DNA from: Trichoplax adhaerens | Taxonomy: Eukaryota > Animalia > Placozoa | Direction of reading: 5' to 3' | NCBI RefSeq assembly: GCF_000150275.1 | Contig: NW_002060948.1 | Span: 1,858,918-1,922,917, forward strand | Length of the DNA: 64,000 nucleotides | Part shown: one piece after another, positions 1 through 15,300 of the stretch | How the letters are laid out: each line of letters begins with the position of its first letter | How positions within the stretch are numbered: the first letter of the stretch is position 1 | The notes under the pieces: model-generated | What the model was told of the DNA's origin: nothing | What the model saw: the letters and a program-made list of their open reading frames with translations, nothing else | Databases searched by the model: none | Program-made: the position numbers and the translations under genes

Positions 1-187
1 TACATGACGATAAAGTACTGTAATGTAGTCTATACTCGTACAGTTACAGTACAATCTGACGCTAAAACATCAACTGTCAATACTCGCGAATACTAAGCGA
101 TACTAATGTCAGAAAAGTAGTCGTAGTAGTCATATAAATTTTTTTGATAAGCGATTACTGTGATCTTCATAAAAAGCGAATTTTTCC

Positions 188-275
188 GGATTTGTGTCCG
201 ATATAGTTTTCGGATTCTGGGACCGGTCGGGTTTGTGTCCGATATAATTTTCCTGTTTTGGAACCGGTCGGGTTT
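188..275. repeat. 41-bp tandem duplication
   Basis: tttgtgtccgatata...accggtcgggt starts at 191 and again at 232. Confidence 0.8.
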
Positions 276-1167
276 ATTTTTAATTTATGTCTGAATTATA
301 ATTTTTCTATTTAATTTTTGGATTTTTGTTCATGAAAAATATCGTAAGAGTTGATTTTTGAGATTTGGACTTTTTGTTATGAATTTGAAACTTTGGAATT
401 TTATGACGTGACTTGAAGTCACATTAGGAGATTTAGTGAGGAAAATAGAAAATAAGATGGAAATTGGCAGAAGGTTGTGTTGATTGTTAGGTAGTTAGAA
501 TGTTGTTTTTATGACTAAATCTTGATGTTTAAAGGTTGATTTTTAGACTTTTATAGTGTATTAATGATAGAAATTATGTTAGAAATGAAGTTTGATGTAT
601 TTTTATAGTTAGCTTGTTACTTTTATAATGTTTTGTAAGGGAATCGTAGGGTAAACTGTGTCTGAACTTTGAATGATTTTTGTTTTCTTAAATGGTGCAA
701 AGTAGTTTTCTAAAACGGATCTTAAGAGCGATTGGTTAGCAAATGTTTAGTTTTAAATACCTCTGACGGCTCTACGAAGCCTATAAATGATAGTGCAATT
801 AGAAAATTTAGAGAGAGAGTAGAAGAAGATTTTATTTGAAGAACTTGTTGAATTTAAAAGACCTTCGGGGTCGAATTGTCGTAAGTTAAAACGTTCTTCT
901 TTTTGAAAGGTTGTTTGGTCGTTGACAGTTTTTAAGTCTGTCATTTATTTTAATAATACTTAAAGCTAAGTATTTGTGCGGTTGTTCGGTTTATACTTCT
1001 CTCCATTTTTGTTTTGAAATAAATTGTTCGGTTATTTCCCCAAATTTTATTTGGTGTCAAAGTATTAGCGTTAAGTCGACCGGAGTGCAACGAAAGTAGA
1101 ATCAAAGTTTGTTAAAGTTTCGTAGCTTGATCTCTACACTTTTCATTTCATTACACTAGCATTTTCC

Positions 1168-1736
1168 AGGAAGTCAAAATTAATAGGATCTCATACGTAT
1201 ATCTAGAATGCAAAAACGATAATGCAGTATTCTTATTCCTGTAGTAGCAATTACAGCATTTAGCAAACAATAATACTAACGGTTACTTTAATTCTATATT
1301 GGTAAATTTTTGATGTAATTTTTATTATGAAATTATACACGCTATGTAATATGTCTCTAAGGATCTTGCATTATGTAAGATCTAACATTGAGTATGCATT
1401 CTAACATTAAAAAACTGGTATTAACCAGGTGAAAGAATTTTTGTGCTTAGGCTTTATTATTGTCAGAAAAAATTGTAACGTATCTAAGGTTACTCGCTGT
1501 ATCATAGTTGACAGATAATCTTAGAAGCTCCATTCATAACCTTTGCTTGATAGTTCACCAAAGACCTGATTAACGTCTAAAGAATCTACGATATAGAATT
1601 AGCTTGACAATTTGCCAAGATCGATCGAAAAGTCCCAGCAGCTCAATAAATTTTAGCAGATTTTCTCTTTGACTATCGACTTTTAGCTACACCCTGACAA
1701 GTTAATTCTTTAAAGGTGTTAAAAACAGAATAAGAA
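1168..1736 (+). repeat. Dispersed ~570-bp repeat, copy 1 (interrupted near its 3' end by the solo LTR)
   Basis: Near-identical to 23744-24313; about 11 differences counted by eye. Confidence 0.95.
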
Positions 1737-2221
1737 TGTGATGGAGGGTTCGATATCTCAGAGGATTGAGATTTAGTCGCCATTTACAATTATTACAACA
1801 AAGGGGTTATAAAAGTTATGCTTTATTGTAGGTTAGTATGTGAAGTACAGTGAGGTTGTTACGGTAGATCAGCGTGCAAGCTGTCGTGAGTAACGAGTAG
1901 AAGTATTAGACTGTGAGAGACTAACTAGAAGACTAACTGAGAGGCTAACGAACTCTGAGGTAGAAATCGCCGGTATTTATAGTTTTAAAGATAGAGCACA
2001 TGCAGAGAATAGGATTATGGAATTAGATACAACATATACCATAACAGGTTACAAAATAGCAGACGATTGTAGAAAACAGCGAGTACCGTAATAACTAATT
2101 ACAGTAGTCTGTATATGAATGTAGAGTAAGCGGACTGTAGATCTGTCTAAATATAAGAGCAATACAACATGTCTATATTTAAGAGTAGAATATAGTTACA
2201 GTATATTCTAAATACACTACA
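1737..2221 (-). mobile_element. Solo LTR (~485 bp) of an LTR retrotransposon
   Basis: TGT...ACA termini; 5-bp TSD AAGAA (1732-1736 and 2222-2226); TATAAATA and AATAAA on the minus strand; homologous to 21850-22310; empty site visible at ~24309. Confidence 0.85.
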
Positions 2222-3283
2222 AAGAATAAATAAATACAAAATTGACATTATGATATGCGGAAAAGAAATACTCTTCATCATCATCACGGCAATTTCTAAA
2301 CATAAATTAAAGCATACGATGAAAATCATCCATATAATTATAAGCTAAGGCGTTATGGATACTATTGGGTATCTAAAGCAGCTTAAAATATTACAATTTC
2401 CAGCAAAACGCAAAATTAGCTCTACAATATACTTAATCAATCACGATATCAGTTTAGAGGTGACGATTTGTTAAAGTCAGTAAATTTTTGTATACAGTAG
2501 TAAGTTTCATCTAGAAGTTATTTTCCTTGACCAAAGCAATATATTGTTGATAATTGATTGATAATACTTTGATAATTGTAATAACTAAACATTGCGCCCG
2601 TTGTAACACTCTTTCTATAGAAAAGGCAGAAGAAAATTAAGTTTTATTTTCTGTCACTACGTGGTACTAATTATAATTGTTACTAATGTACCATCGTGAT
2701 CCGATGGTGTTTCTCTAGATAATTTTTAACTGTATCTTGATTTGATAAGGTCATAAGTAACATACAGTGCATCTGCCCCAACTACCCTTGCGACACAATA
2801 AAACAACACAGTACTTATAATAAGCTTTACGTTAATCCGCAGAACTACTTCTCTAAACCTACGGTATAGTAACTGGAATCCTTGCTAAGTACTAACTCGT
2901 TCAACGCAATATACAATATAAAACTATCACGCAACTTAGCCTTAACCTGAATCACTTTTTATTGATCACAGTCCTTCTTATATACTCTTTCAGTAGTTAT
3001 AAACATATTTACTATGCTGCCAACATATTTTAATTACAAACGTGTTATTACGATTGAATTATCAAATGCGGATATTCGAGGTAATAAACAATTTCATACG
3101 TAAATCTACTTCGACTGTAAGCCGTGTCAAACTCCTGTGTTCTCAATATTTGTAACATATTACTATATCATCATAATATCATAATAGGTTATTACTAATA
3201 ATAACAATTCCTAAAGTAGTAGTTCATACTTTTAAAAAGTTCAAAACAAAATGTTATCATAAACTACACGTCCATATCTAAGT

Positions 3284-3333
3284 NNNNNNNNNNNNNNNNN
3301 NNNNNNNNNNNNNNNNNNNNNNNNNNNNNNNNN
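3284..3333. other. Assembly gap (50 N)
   Basis: Run of N inside the TM exon of gene A. Confidence 1.
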
Positions 3334-6300
3334 AACACCAGCAATAGTAAGACAGAAATAGCAACAATGATAGGAATAACTACGGTATTGGTTGCTGCGG
3401 AAGAATAGCATGAAAAGGAATTTAATATTACACGCAAATAAATTAGCATAAATACTTAATTTCTAGATAAAAGATAGGGATGTTTTAAGCCTAAAAAGCT
3501 ATTATTATCATATCAAAAGAGATTACATAAATGTTACAATTCGTTTTTAATTAAAATATATTTTTCAAGTTCATTTGCTGGAATAAAGTACGTACGTGTG
3601 CTTTGCGGTGATGGTGCTACCGTCGAGAAGACCATTCCAAGACCAACTAAAGCAGAATTGTTGGCATTTTGGATATAAGCTAATAGAGCTGTCATAGCTG
3701 CTTGTGCTGTCTGCGTATTTTCCATGCTTTGCTATATTTTGAATATAAACGAATTTTAAACTTTAAACTTTAAGTTTATAAGACAATTATGTAGCAAAAA
3801 TAGCTAGCTATGGTCTTTTAAAGTATGTATCAGCTACTTTAACAGCTTAGATTAATATCGTTACTAACGATTAGAGAACTTTAAATATAGGCTAAATATT
3901 TATTAGCTAATCTATTATCTGCCAGTTAATGTTAATCATTTTTACTAATAATTAAGACAATACAGTACTAATTTGAATTTGTAAATTACGGAAATAGTGA
4001 CTGGAAATTTATTTTACTATAAATTTCTCGTAAAAGTAATGCCACAGTGATATTAGTCCTATTTAAATATTTATGCCAAGTCGAAATCATAGTCCATTAT
4101 AGTATTATACATACCATAGCAAGAGTAATAATTGCATAAGTGCTGCTTTTAGAATTGACTTTGCATTGAAGATATAAATCTTGAGAGGAACTATAGCTTC
4201 TTAACAGAGTAAGGTTACGTAGCTGGTCACAGATACTGTGAATGGTTGTACCCTAATACAGACAGTATATTCGATATCAAATCCTTATGTTGCTACTTTT
4301 ATATTACTATAATAAATCAAATTAGGAAATTAATAGAGTCCATACCATTTTTAAATTAGTTATATCAACAAATCGAGATTCTCGAACACACCCATTGGGA
4401 ATGGTGTTGTCATTTAAACATAAAAGTCCTTTACGAGTATTAGCACATATTCCAACGTTGCCACAAGATGGTTTTAAGCAATTTAGAGCAGTAATAGCTT
4501 CACAAGAACCTTGTTCTTGGCTGCATGTTCCATTTGTGCAATAAGTTGCTCCACACCACACCTACGAAGGAAGAATATGAAACAACTTAGAATAGAGTTG
4601 ATCATGTCCATTTTTTAGACTTGGCTACAGATCGATATGAATACCTTAGTGCAAGATGTAACTCCGTTATTACATTGGCATCGATTACATTCGTTATCAA
4701 AAGAAACACCATGCTTATAGGTCTGGTTAGCAAATGTACAAGATTGATAGACATCTATACATGAAATGAATGCAAGTTAAGTTATGATGAAATAAAACAT
4801 TCCCTTGTAGTGATAAGCTCAATACATAGCCTACCAGCATTGCAATTTTGTCCGGTGTATTCAGAAGTGCAAATACACTGATATGCGTTAATGCGATCAA
4901 CACATGTGCCTTGATTAAGACAAGGATTCGATGCACATTCATCAATTTCAGCTTGACATAAAACTCCTGTATATCCTGAGCTACAGCGGCAACTATATGC
5001 ATTGACTAAGTCACTGCATGTGGCATTGTTAAAGCAAGGATTGGAAGCACATTCTTGTATATTAGTTTGGCATAGATTGCCAGTAAAACCAGTAATGCAC
5101 ACACAAGTAAAAGAACTGACGTCATCTATACAAGATGAAGCATTGACACATGGAGAAGAAGCACAATCATCGATATTGGTTTCGCAAAGGGAGCCGGTAA
5201 ATCCAAGTCTATAATAGCCAAATATATTAAAGGAATAGAATTAAATCGGTTCTTTATTCGAATATGCAATTGCTGGTAAAAATTAATATACTTGGTGACT
5301 AATAAATTGGCTTTAATAATTTTGATTTCGATATTTAAAAGAGATTGAAATCGAGTTAAATCGATTAATGTCTTTCTAACAGGAGTAGCTAAAAGAATAC
5401 TGTATGTCATTTTAATGCTAGGTCGATCTAACAGTATCCAGGCAATTATTGTAAGATAAAATCAACATTTCTATTAGTTAATAAATCTATCTACACAGTA
5501 TAAATTGTGGTCACGTTTAATACTAAGGGCCCAAACTAACCATATCTTAAATTCATGTACGCGTATAAATTTGTTTTTATACTGAAATGATAAAGACTAC
5601 TCTTCATTATGTCTATACTAACAATAAGAGATATTTAAATGTCAGTCTACATTTCCGTGCTGCTATGTCAACAGTGATTAGTTTAATAATTTGGATTGAT
5701 AATACTTAATAATATCTTTACAGAACTGTTAGCTCGAATGCTTAATTTTAATTCACAAAATACATCTTTTCCTAATAAGACCAATGCTACGTTGATATAA
5801 GCTTAATTTCGCAGATTTAAGTGCAATATTAATGCTTACAATTGGTTAGATAAGTTGCAATTACACTACACTATTCTATCTCAGTAATTTCTAATTCTAT
5901 AAATAAAATCTCTTTTAAAATTAAAATTACTTATCCCTTGCATGATATTACCGATTTTAACTTACCGGCAATTGCATTGATAGCCGTTAATTAAATCGAC
6001 GCAAGATCCAAAATTTAAGCATGGATTTGAAGAACACTCGTTGATATTACTCAAACAGTTTTTACCCGTGTAGCCATTAGGACAAGTACAAGTATAATCA
6101 TTGATTAAATCTGTACAATTTCCTCCATTTTGACATGGCGACTGTGTACAATCATTAATGTTATTTTGGCAGTTAGTGCCGTTATAGCCATCTCGACAAC
6201 GACATTGATAGCCGTTAACTAAATCTTGACATGTTGCACCGTTTTGACATGGATTGCTATCACATTCTCGATCTTCTTCAAGACATTGTTTGCCATGAAA

Positions 6301-9300
6301 ACCTTGAGTACAATTGCAATGATAGTCGCCTACTAAATCAATACATGTCGCATTATTTCTGCATGGAAGTGCAAGACAATCGTTAATATCAGTTTCGCAA
6401 TGAACACCTGTATAGCCATCAGTACAAGAACATTGATAACGATTAATATCATCTTGGCATGTTCCGTGAACACAAGGCGACGATGCACATTCGTCAATAT
6501 TACTCTGGCAATGACGACCCGTATAACCAGAAGTGCAGTAGCATGTATAACTACCAGGTGGAGAATTAACACATACTACCAAATTAACACATGGTCGAAA
6601 ACGACATTCATCGATATCATGATTGCATGTTGTACCATCATAGCCAGTAGAGCAAGAACAGTTAAATTGATTAATTAAGTTATTACATGTCCCGTAAACA
6701 CAAGGATTACTCGAACATTCATCAATTTCAGTTTGACAGTGATTGCCAGTATAGCCAGGTAGACATTGACATTGATATTGATTAATATTGTCGATACATG
6801 CTGCATCATGTTGGCACGGATTACTAAAGCATTCGTTAATATCTGTTTGACATTGCTGTCCAGTATAACCAGCCGGACATTGGCAAGTATATCGATTAAT
6901 TCCATCTATACAGACTCCGTTATTTTGACATGGTACATTGACGCAATCGTCGATATTAATTTGACAATCTTGACCTGTAAATCCGAGTAAACATTGACAA
7001 GAATAGTCGATGGCTTGATCATGGCATTGTCCGCCATTTTGGCATGGATTAAGTGTGCAATTGTCTAAAACACGATTTACCTAATACATCTTCCGGACAT
7101 GTACATGTATAATCATTGACTAAGTCGGTACAATTTCCATCATGGCATGGATTGGGATCGCAATTATCGATATCAGTTTGGCAATGTATACCTGTAAAGC
7201 CTTGAATACAACTGCATTGATAGCGATTAATTTGATTAATACATGTGGCGTTATTATAACATGGGTTACTTTGACATTCATCGATTTCAGTCTGACATAA
7301 TCGACCAGTATATCCAGGATTGCATCGACAGTGATAACCGTTAATGTTATCTAAACAAGATCCAAAGTAGCAAGGATTACTAGAACATTCATCGATATTA
7401 GTTTGGCACATTGTATCAGTATATCCAGGTAAGCATTGACATTGAAATTGATTAATTTGATCATAGCAGCTGCCATTATTCTGGCATGGTTCGGATAAAC
7501 ACTCATCAATATCTATTTGGCAATCCGAGCCATTATAGCCAGGATAGCATTGGCATTGATATTTTGCGATTAAATCAACACATGTAGCGTTATTATAACA
7601 AGGCTGATCAGCGCATTCGTTAATATCGATATGGCAATTAAAACCCGTATAACCGTCAGGGCAGGTACAGTTGTAGTAATTGACGAAATCATAACAAGTA
7701 CCACCTATCCATTAATAACGTAAATAAAAATAAGAATAAAGTGATTAGTAAAGCAATTATGGAGCTATGTAAATAATTTAAATTTTCTGCTTACTTTTAC
7801 ATTAGTAGAAAGTAGAATAATAAATATCAAAATATGCAAAATATTGATTTAATGGTTAATTTTATCTTTGCACCCTGCTTTGACCTGATTACAGTTATCA
7901 AGTCATTTTAACAGATTAACAATTACAGCGCTATTTAAATCTAAAATAAGAGAAAAATAATTAAATACATTATGCAGTAATATAGCCAATTGAATAGTAC
8001 AGTAGCCCAAAATCGATGTTTGTTAGTTAATTAAGCTGATTAATCAGCATTAGCTAATATCAGCAGAATGAAGAATAGCAAAGTTACTGGTCTTATATGT
8101 GCTCAAGTGATTTAATCTCTGTTAATTCATAGATGTCATTACAATTTTTTCTAGTTTGCATCGATCTATGGAATTTGAATCAGTTTCAAGTCATAATTAT
8201 TTAATCAGAATAGTCAACGTTCAATTATTATCAATTAAATAAAGAATAGCAAAATCACAGGTCTAGAATAATTTTAGAGTGATTTAGTCTCGGCTAATGC
8301 ATAGCTATCGTTGTAATTCTTTCTGGCTTGTATTAACTAATGGAATTTACGTCAATTTCAAGTCATAATTAATTAATCTGATTAGTCAATGTTTACTTAA
8401 CATCAACAGAATAAAGAATATCGAAGTTACAGGTCTAGAATAATTTTGGAATGATTTAGTCTCGGTTAATTAATAGCTATCATTTCCATTCCTTTTAGCT
8501 TATATTGCTATGGAATTTGCATCAGTTTCAAGATTAAAGTATAATAAAATGATGATATTGGTAACTTGAAGAATAACAAAGTAATAACTTTGATACAATA
8601 TAATTAGAGAACTAGTATTAGCTATGATGATCAGGTGCTAGCATTGATGAATCTAAGATAATTAAAATCAATAAAATATTGTGATACACTAGATCATAAG
8701 AAACTATTACCGTTTTGACATGGTTTAGTTTCGCATTCGTTAATATCAATTTCACAATTTCGACCAGTGTAACCAGCATCACAAATACATTCATAATCAG
8801 CGACAAAATCTTCGCATGTTGCTCCATTTTGGCATGGATTTGAGCTACATTCATCAATATCGAATTCACATCGCGAACCGTTATAACCTTGCATACAACT
8901 ACATTGGTAGTTATCGATTCCATCCAAACAGGTACCGTTATTGAAACATGGCGAACTTTGGCATTCATCTATATTAATATTACATGTAGTACCAGCATAA
9001 CCTGGAGCACAAGAGCAGTTAAATGCATCGACTAGATCATGGCAAGTCGCACCATTAACACATGGTGTACTAACGCATTCATTAATATCAGTTTCGCAAT
9101 GAACACCGGTATAGCCAAGATGACAAGAACAGCTATAGCCATCAATTCCATCAATACATGTAGCCGAATTTCGGCATGGATTACTTTGGCATTCATTGAT
9201 ATTAACGGCACAAGTAGCTCCTGTATAGCCACTAGCACATGTGCATATAAAGCCATTAATCAGATCCTATTAAGTTATCAATAAATTATGTAGATCAGAT

Positions 9301-12300
9301 AATGTATTACGAATGAAGTTTAAAGAAAGTTGGAAAATACTTCCGTTATGTATTCGTACATCGCATGTTCCGGAATTTTGGCATGGATTAGCTTGACAAT
9401 CATCAATATCTGTTAGAAAGTCAATAGCTGGTTAATTCAAAGTGTAAAGAGAATTGTCTTTTCTACTACTATAATAGTGTCACAGATCTCCTCTGCAACA
9501 CTTGTCCTACTAAGGCTAGCAACTGCTAATCTATCTGCTGTCTCCGACTATTCACCAAACTAACTCTTGATGAATCGTATAGACTAAGACTAACTTTCCT
9601 AATAACAAATAGTGATATAGAATTCGTAGACTGACAACTCGATTAACAATCGTCATATTAATATGTCAATCGAAAATTACTTAAAATGCAAAATGCATAG
9701 ATTCTCTCAAACTTAACACAGAATCAGAAAAATGTAGATTTGATTCTAAAATTACTGATGTACAGCAACAAGCTAATTAGATAGTAATTTCAAGACACGA
9801 AATAGTTTCTTGTGATATTTAAAATAGAAGCGATAAAGTATAGCTAACAGCCATCCGCGTCTATATTAATAAATTGATCGATAATTATAATCCATTCAGA
9901 ATTCAAACAGATAATGTATTTTATCATATAGTAAAGTTAATTAAAAATAGAACTGGCTTAATATGGACTTGAATAAGATCATCCAAGTCTATCACTAAGC
10001 TATAGCAGTAAATTTTTAGTTTAAAATGTAAAATCGGTGTAGTATCTTTTCTGGTAAGATACCATAGCGAAATTAGTTTGTTATTATTTGTTACACCTTG
10101 ATTAATTTATCATCCTACCATAACTTCAGTATACCGTAATGCTTTCAATTAGCTAAAGTATAGCTCGTCTACTGAATCTTGAGCTCCTTAAGTATTCTTA
10201 GATATTGATATTGCATAAGTAGATGTTAATGATTAGTGTATAAATGGCTTACCTGTTTGGCATAAGTTACCAGTGATTCCATCTATGCATTGACATCGAT
10301 AAGAATTGACTTGATCAATACAAGTAGCATTATATTGACATTCATTGGATAAACAGTTATCGATATCTGTTATATAAATGAAAAAATACGTTAATTGATA
10401 CGAATCTTATGATAAGCTCTTTCAAATGCTAGCATCTTAATAGCATCTACACCTATTTCGTTACCTGTTTCACATAATACACCTGTATAGCCAAGAGTAC
10501 AATTACACTGGTAGCCATCAATTGAATCAGTACAATTACTTCCATGTTGGCATGGACTGGATTTACATTCATCAATATTAGTTTGGCAATAAGTTCCAGT
10601 ATAACCCGCAAGACAGGTACAGTTATAGCTATTAATCAAATTATTACATGTACTACTATGCAAGCATGGATTACTATTGCATTCATTGATTTCGTAGGTG
10701 CAATTGGTACCATTATAGCCAGGTTGACATTGACATCGATACTGATTAATTCCATCAATACAAGTCGATTGATGTTGGCATGGATTAGGATTGCAATCAT
10801 CGATATTAACATCACAATGATCTCCAGTAAAGCCAGTACTGCAATTACAGAAGTAGTTAAGATGGAGATCGACGCATGTACCGTTTACACAGGCATTTCC
10901 ATGAGTATTATTGCATTCATTGATGCCTATAAGTTAAGAAAGGCATTCAGTATTAAATTAGCAATATTATAAGATGCTATCTTTCCTAAGATAGCGCAAG
11001 CCATTCGAGTACTTACTTGAATCACATAATGTCCCAATCCATCCATGATCGCAGTTGCAATGAAATTTATTGACCTGATCCTCACATGTTCCATTATTCA
11101 TACAAGGCGTAGATGAGCATTCGTTAATATCTGCCATAAATATTTTAAAGAATATTAATATGAAGATATTTCTTGTAGTTTATTTTACGATAAATTAGAC
11201 ATTCAGTGTTTCCTATTTAAAGCAAAGCAGTTGACAAATTATTGAATAATTAAAATTCTGTCTATTAGATCACTATATTGAGAATCTAATTACATTAGAG
11301 GCTATCTATCGACCTCTTTGAACTTAATTTTAGTTCTAATCAATTTTGTAGAGAATGGTATGTATTAATGTACTGTATTGAACGATGAAATATCATTATA
11401 TTGAGGAGCTAATCATATTGGAGTCTACCTGTTGACCTTGTTAAGCTTAATTTAATTCTAATCAAATTCCGTAGAGAACGGTATTTATGTACTGTATCGA
11501 ACAATGAAATTTATAGTACACAATCAAAAATGGCCTAATCTAAATCGAAAATTTATTCCCTATTAACACATACTTATACGATAACTATCTTAATTTACTG
11601 CTAATTAATAATCATGCTTCGGTCATTACTTGTTTGGCAAAAGGTGCCCATAAAACCAGCTATACATGTACAGTTATAATAATCTGTTCCATAGTTGCTA
11701 CAAAAGGCTCTATTTTGGCATGGATTGCTACGGCAAGGATTCATGTCTGTAAAGTAATTAAACGGATATTTTATTAGATAACAGTTAAAATTATCACATA
11801 CACTAATGCAATCTTATAATATCTCAGTACAAACTAGCTTTTACAGATAACTGATAAAGAGAGAAAATGTGCAATAACAAAGAGTAGTATAAATTCCATT
11901 AAACAAAAATATGCTTAAGACCTGATTGGCAGTGGACGCCAGTCCAATTACTGAAACACTGACAGGTATATCCATTTACTAAGTCGTGACAAGTCGCTCC
12001 ATTCATGCAAGGATTAGAAATACACTCATCCGCATCTTCAAGAAAATAAATTATTTTATAACCGTAATCGATACATACTTTATCTAATTTAAAATCTACT
12101 TTATTACCAAGCGATAATGAAATATAATTGTAGCTTAAAGTAATGTTTAAATAAGATTGCATAGAACAGACTTGTTTGACATTGAATTCCTGTAAATCCA
12201 GCCACGCAATTACAAACGTGAGTATCTGGTCCAGTATTGACACAACTTCCTTGATTTATACATGGTGAACTTCGACAGGTATTTAGATCTATTAATTACA

Positions 12301-15300
12301 TCCAAAAGTATATGTTTTTAGATATCTATCTTACACTGCAATTCCTAACATCAGATTACAAACTATGTTTACTAACCCGATTGGCATTGAACTCCTGTCC
12401 AATTGATCGGACATGAACAGCTGTATTGATTAACTAAATCGTTGCAAGTCGCATTGCCGTAGCATGGATTAGATCCGCACTCATTTATATCTATAAAAAT
12501 ATATTTTAAATATATTGTTGGATTATTTCATCTTCTATTATTGTCTAGGAGACTTCAGTCCTTACTTGTTTCACAATTACTTCCTGTATAGCCACTTAGA
12601 CAACTGCATGTATACATGTTAGGCTGTGTATTAGTACATGTTCCACTACCAGAACAAGGAGAACTTCGGCAAGAATTTAAATCTAACAGATTAAATTGAA
12701 TGTAGAACTAAGATTCGTAACTCTATAACATGATAGCGTATCTTTTCATAAACAAATTAGGATATATTTACCATCTGCACATGTAGTTCCAGTTCTGTCT
12801 GGAGGACAAATACACCGGAAACTATTAACTTGATCTGTGCAATTACCGTGGCGGCAAGGATTGGACTGACATTCATTAATATCTGATAGACAATAACACA
12901 ATCGATTATATGGCAATATTTAGATAGCATCGTTTAAGTTTACTGAGATACTATGTCTTTAGCATTAGTTTATATTAATTATGATTGAAAATAGATATTA
13001 CTTGTTATACAGTTTGTTCCTGTAAAACCGGCAATACATGAGCATTGATAAGCGTTTGCACCAGAGTTAATACATGTCGCACCATTGTGACAAGGAGAGC
13101 TGCGACAGCTGTTTAAATCTAATTTCATTACAAATATAAGTAAATATAAATTGAATGTCTAATTGATATCCGTATTGTTTAGGATGAGGTATTATAAATG
13201 TTTAAATTATTGAATGTTCGATCCACCTCAGTTACATCGACAGCATCATTTTCGATGATTTAAAAATTAATTGTATACGCCAACGTACCTGATTGGCAAG
13301 TATGACCAGTATAATTAGCCATGCAAATACAATTGTAGCTATTTACACCATCTACGCAAGTTCCTTGATTTTGACATGGATTAGTATTGCAATCGTTGAT
13401 ATCTATTGTATTTCAGAAGAGATATTCATTGTATTGATGTTGTTGTAATACTATTTTACAGATTTAAAATTTTTAATTTTTTCATTTATGTAATAAATAA
13501 GATAAAGCATAAAGTTACAAAACCAAGATTTCTAAGACGAACGATACTAGCGATAAATAGATATTTCGTCATCTCAAAGATTATTTTTAGGGATATATTA
13601 CTCACTTGTTTGACATTGCGGACCAGTAAATCCAGTAGCACAAGTACACGCGTACACATCTGGTCCAGTGTTACTACAAGTTGCGCCATTTTTACATGGA
13701 CTGCTACGACAAGAATTTAAGTCTGTAACAATATTAAGGACCGTTTAATATAATTAACACATTATTTCAGCATTGTTTTGTAAGTATTACTTATTCCCAT
13801 GTAATCAATCAAAGCAATAAAAACATGTAATATCACATATAATACACTAAAAATTGATACAGCATGTATTTAAAACTACATCAAATCAATCCTTTATCTA
13901 AATATTTCCATACCTTGACCACATTGTATCCCTGTCCAATCAGATGGACAAAGACAGTCATAACGATTAGCACCATCCACACATGTTGCATAGATATGTC
14001 TACACGGATTAGAGGCACATTCGTTGATATCTTTAACAAAAACGATAATTATAGACAGAAATATAAGGGAATGCTAATATTAGAAGCAAGTAAAAATCGA
14101 TTTTATACTATCAAATTGATATTATATTAAAAACTAACTTATTTCACATATTCTTCCTGTGAAGCCAGTAGGACATGAACATGTATAATTATTGATTCCG
14201 TGATTTATACAAGTTCCTCCATTCGAGCAGGGCGAAGAGCGGCAAGTGTTTAAATCTTTCAAATATGTAGAAATATACACAATTAATTTGTACGTAATGC
14301 TACCAAGCCTTATAAATACTAATCATATTTCGATAACAACGCCTTAATTTAATAATATTCATATACATTAGTAACTTTTAATAACCGACCATTTTGACAA
14401 TGTATTCCAGTCCAATTTGCTGGACAAGTACAACTATAACCGTTTATTTGATCATTGCAAGTTGCAGTTGATTGAGTGCATGGATTAGATGCACATTCGT
14501 TGATATCTTAATTAATATCAGGACATGCAATATTGACCAACGTTAGCTAACAATCAATTAAGAATAAAGCAGTAATATATAACGCAACTAACTTGTTTGG
14601 CATCGATTTCCTGTATAGCCAGTAACACAAGTACATTGAAACCGATTTGCGCCATTGACACATGTACCACTGTTTTGGCATGGATTGCTACGACAGTAAT
14701 TTAAATCTATAGGAAAGTAAGGCGGTTAGAGTACTTAATACCAAGTTTACTAGCGTGGTACATACAATATAAATTTCATAAATATCAAAATATGGCCAAG
14801 ATAAGATTAATACGCCGTTTTTATCACATATCGCTAAATAAAAATTACAGTACTTAAAGAAAGAATCAAAGATGATGAAAAATTTTAGAAATAGATTCTT
14901 TCCTTAATTATTACAGCTAATACTAATTCTATTTGGAAATAAATGAACTGTTGCCAAATTGATATAATTGCTTTGAAGAAAGATGTAATCATTTTAACAT
15001 TCTATTCTAATGGTTTGTTATAAATAGAAGACTAATACTGGGTAATAAATTAACAACTACGGAATATTAAATATTTTGCTTTTAGGCTAGCTTTCGCTTT
15101 AACTAATTTTTCCTATAGCTACTGAGTAAATTACAAGGGTAATTCCATTACATAGCCGTTAGCTCTGCCTTATCACGTAGTTTATTGATAGATATTAAAT
15201 CATCAATTAATTAAAAATTGAGTTTTACAGCTACAGTTGCGAGTACTTACCAGTTTGACAATTACTTCCTGTATAGTCACTTGGACATGTACATTGATAC

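Noticed and set aside
7065-7080. 16-nt GT...AG micro-intron (GTAAATCGTGTTTTAG) that would fix the gene A frameshift
   Set aside because: Far shorter than any intron here, and it would delete a conserved Cys; gene C has the same GKSC as coding sequence.
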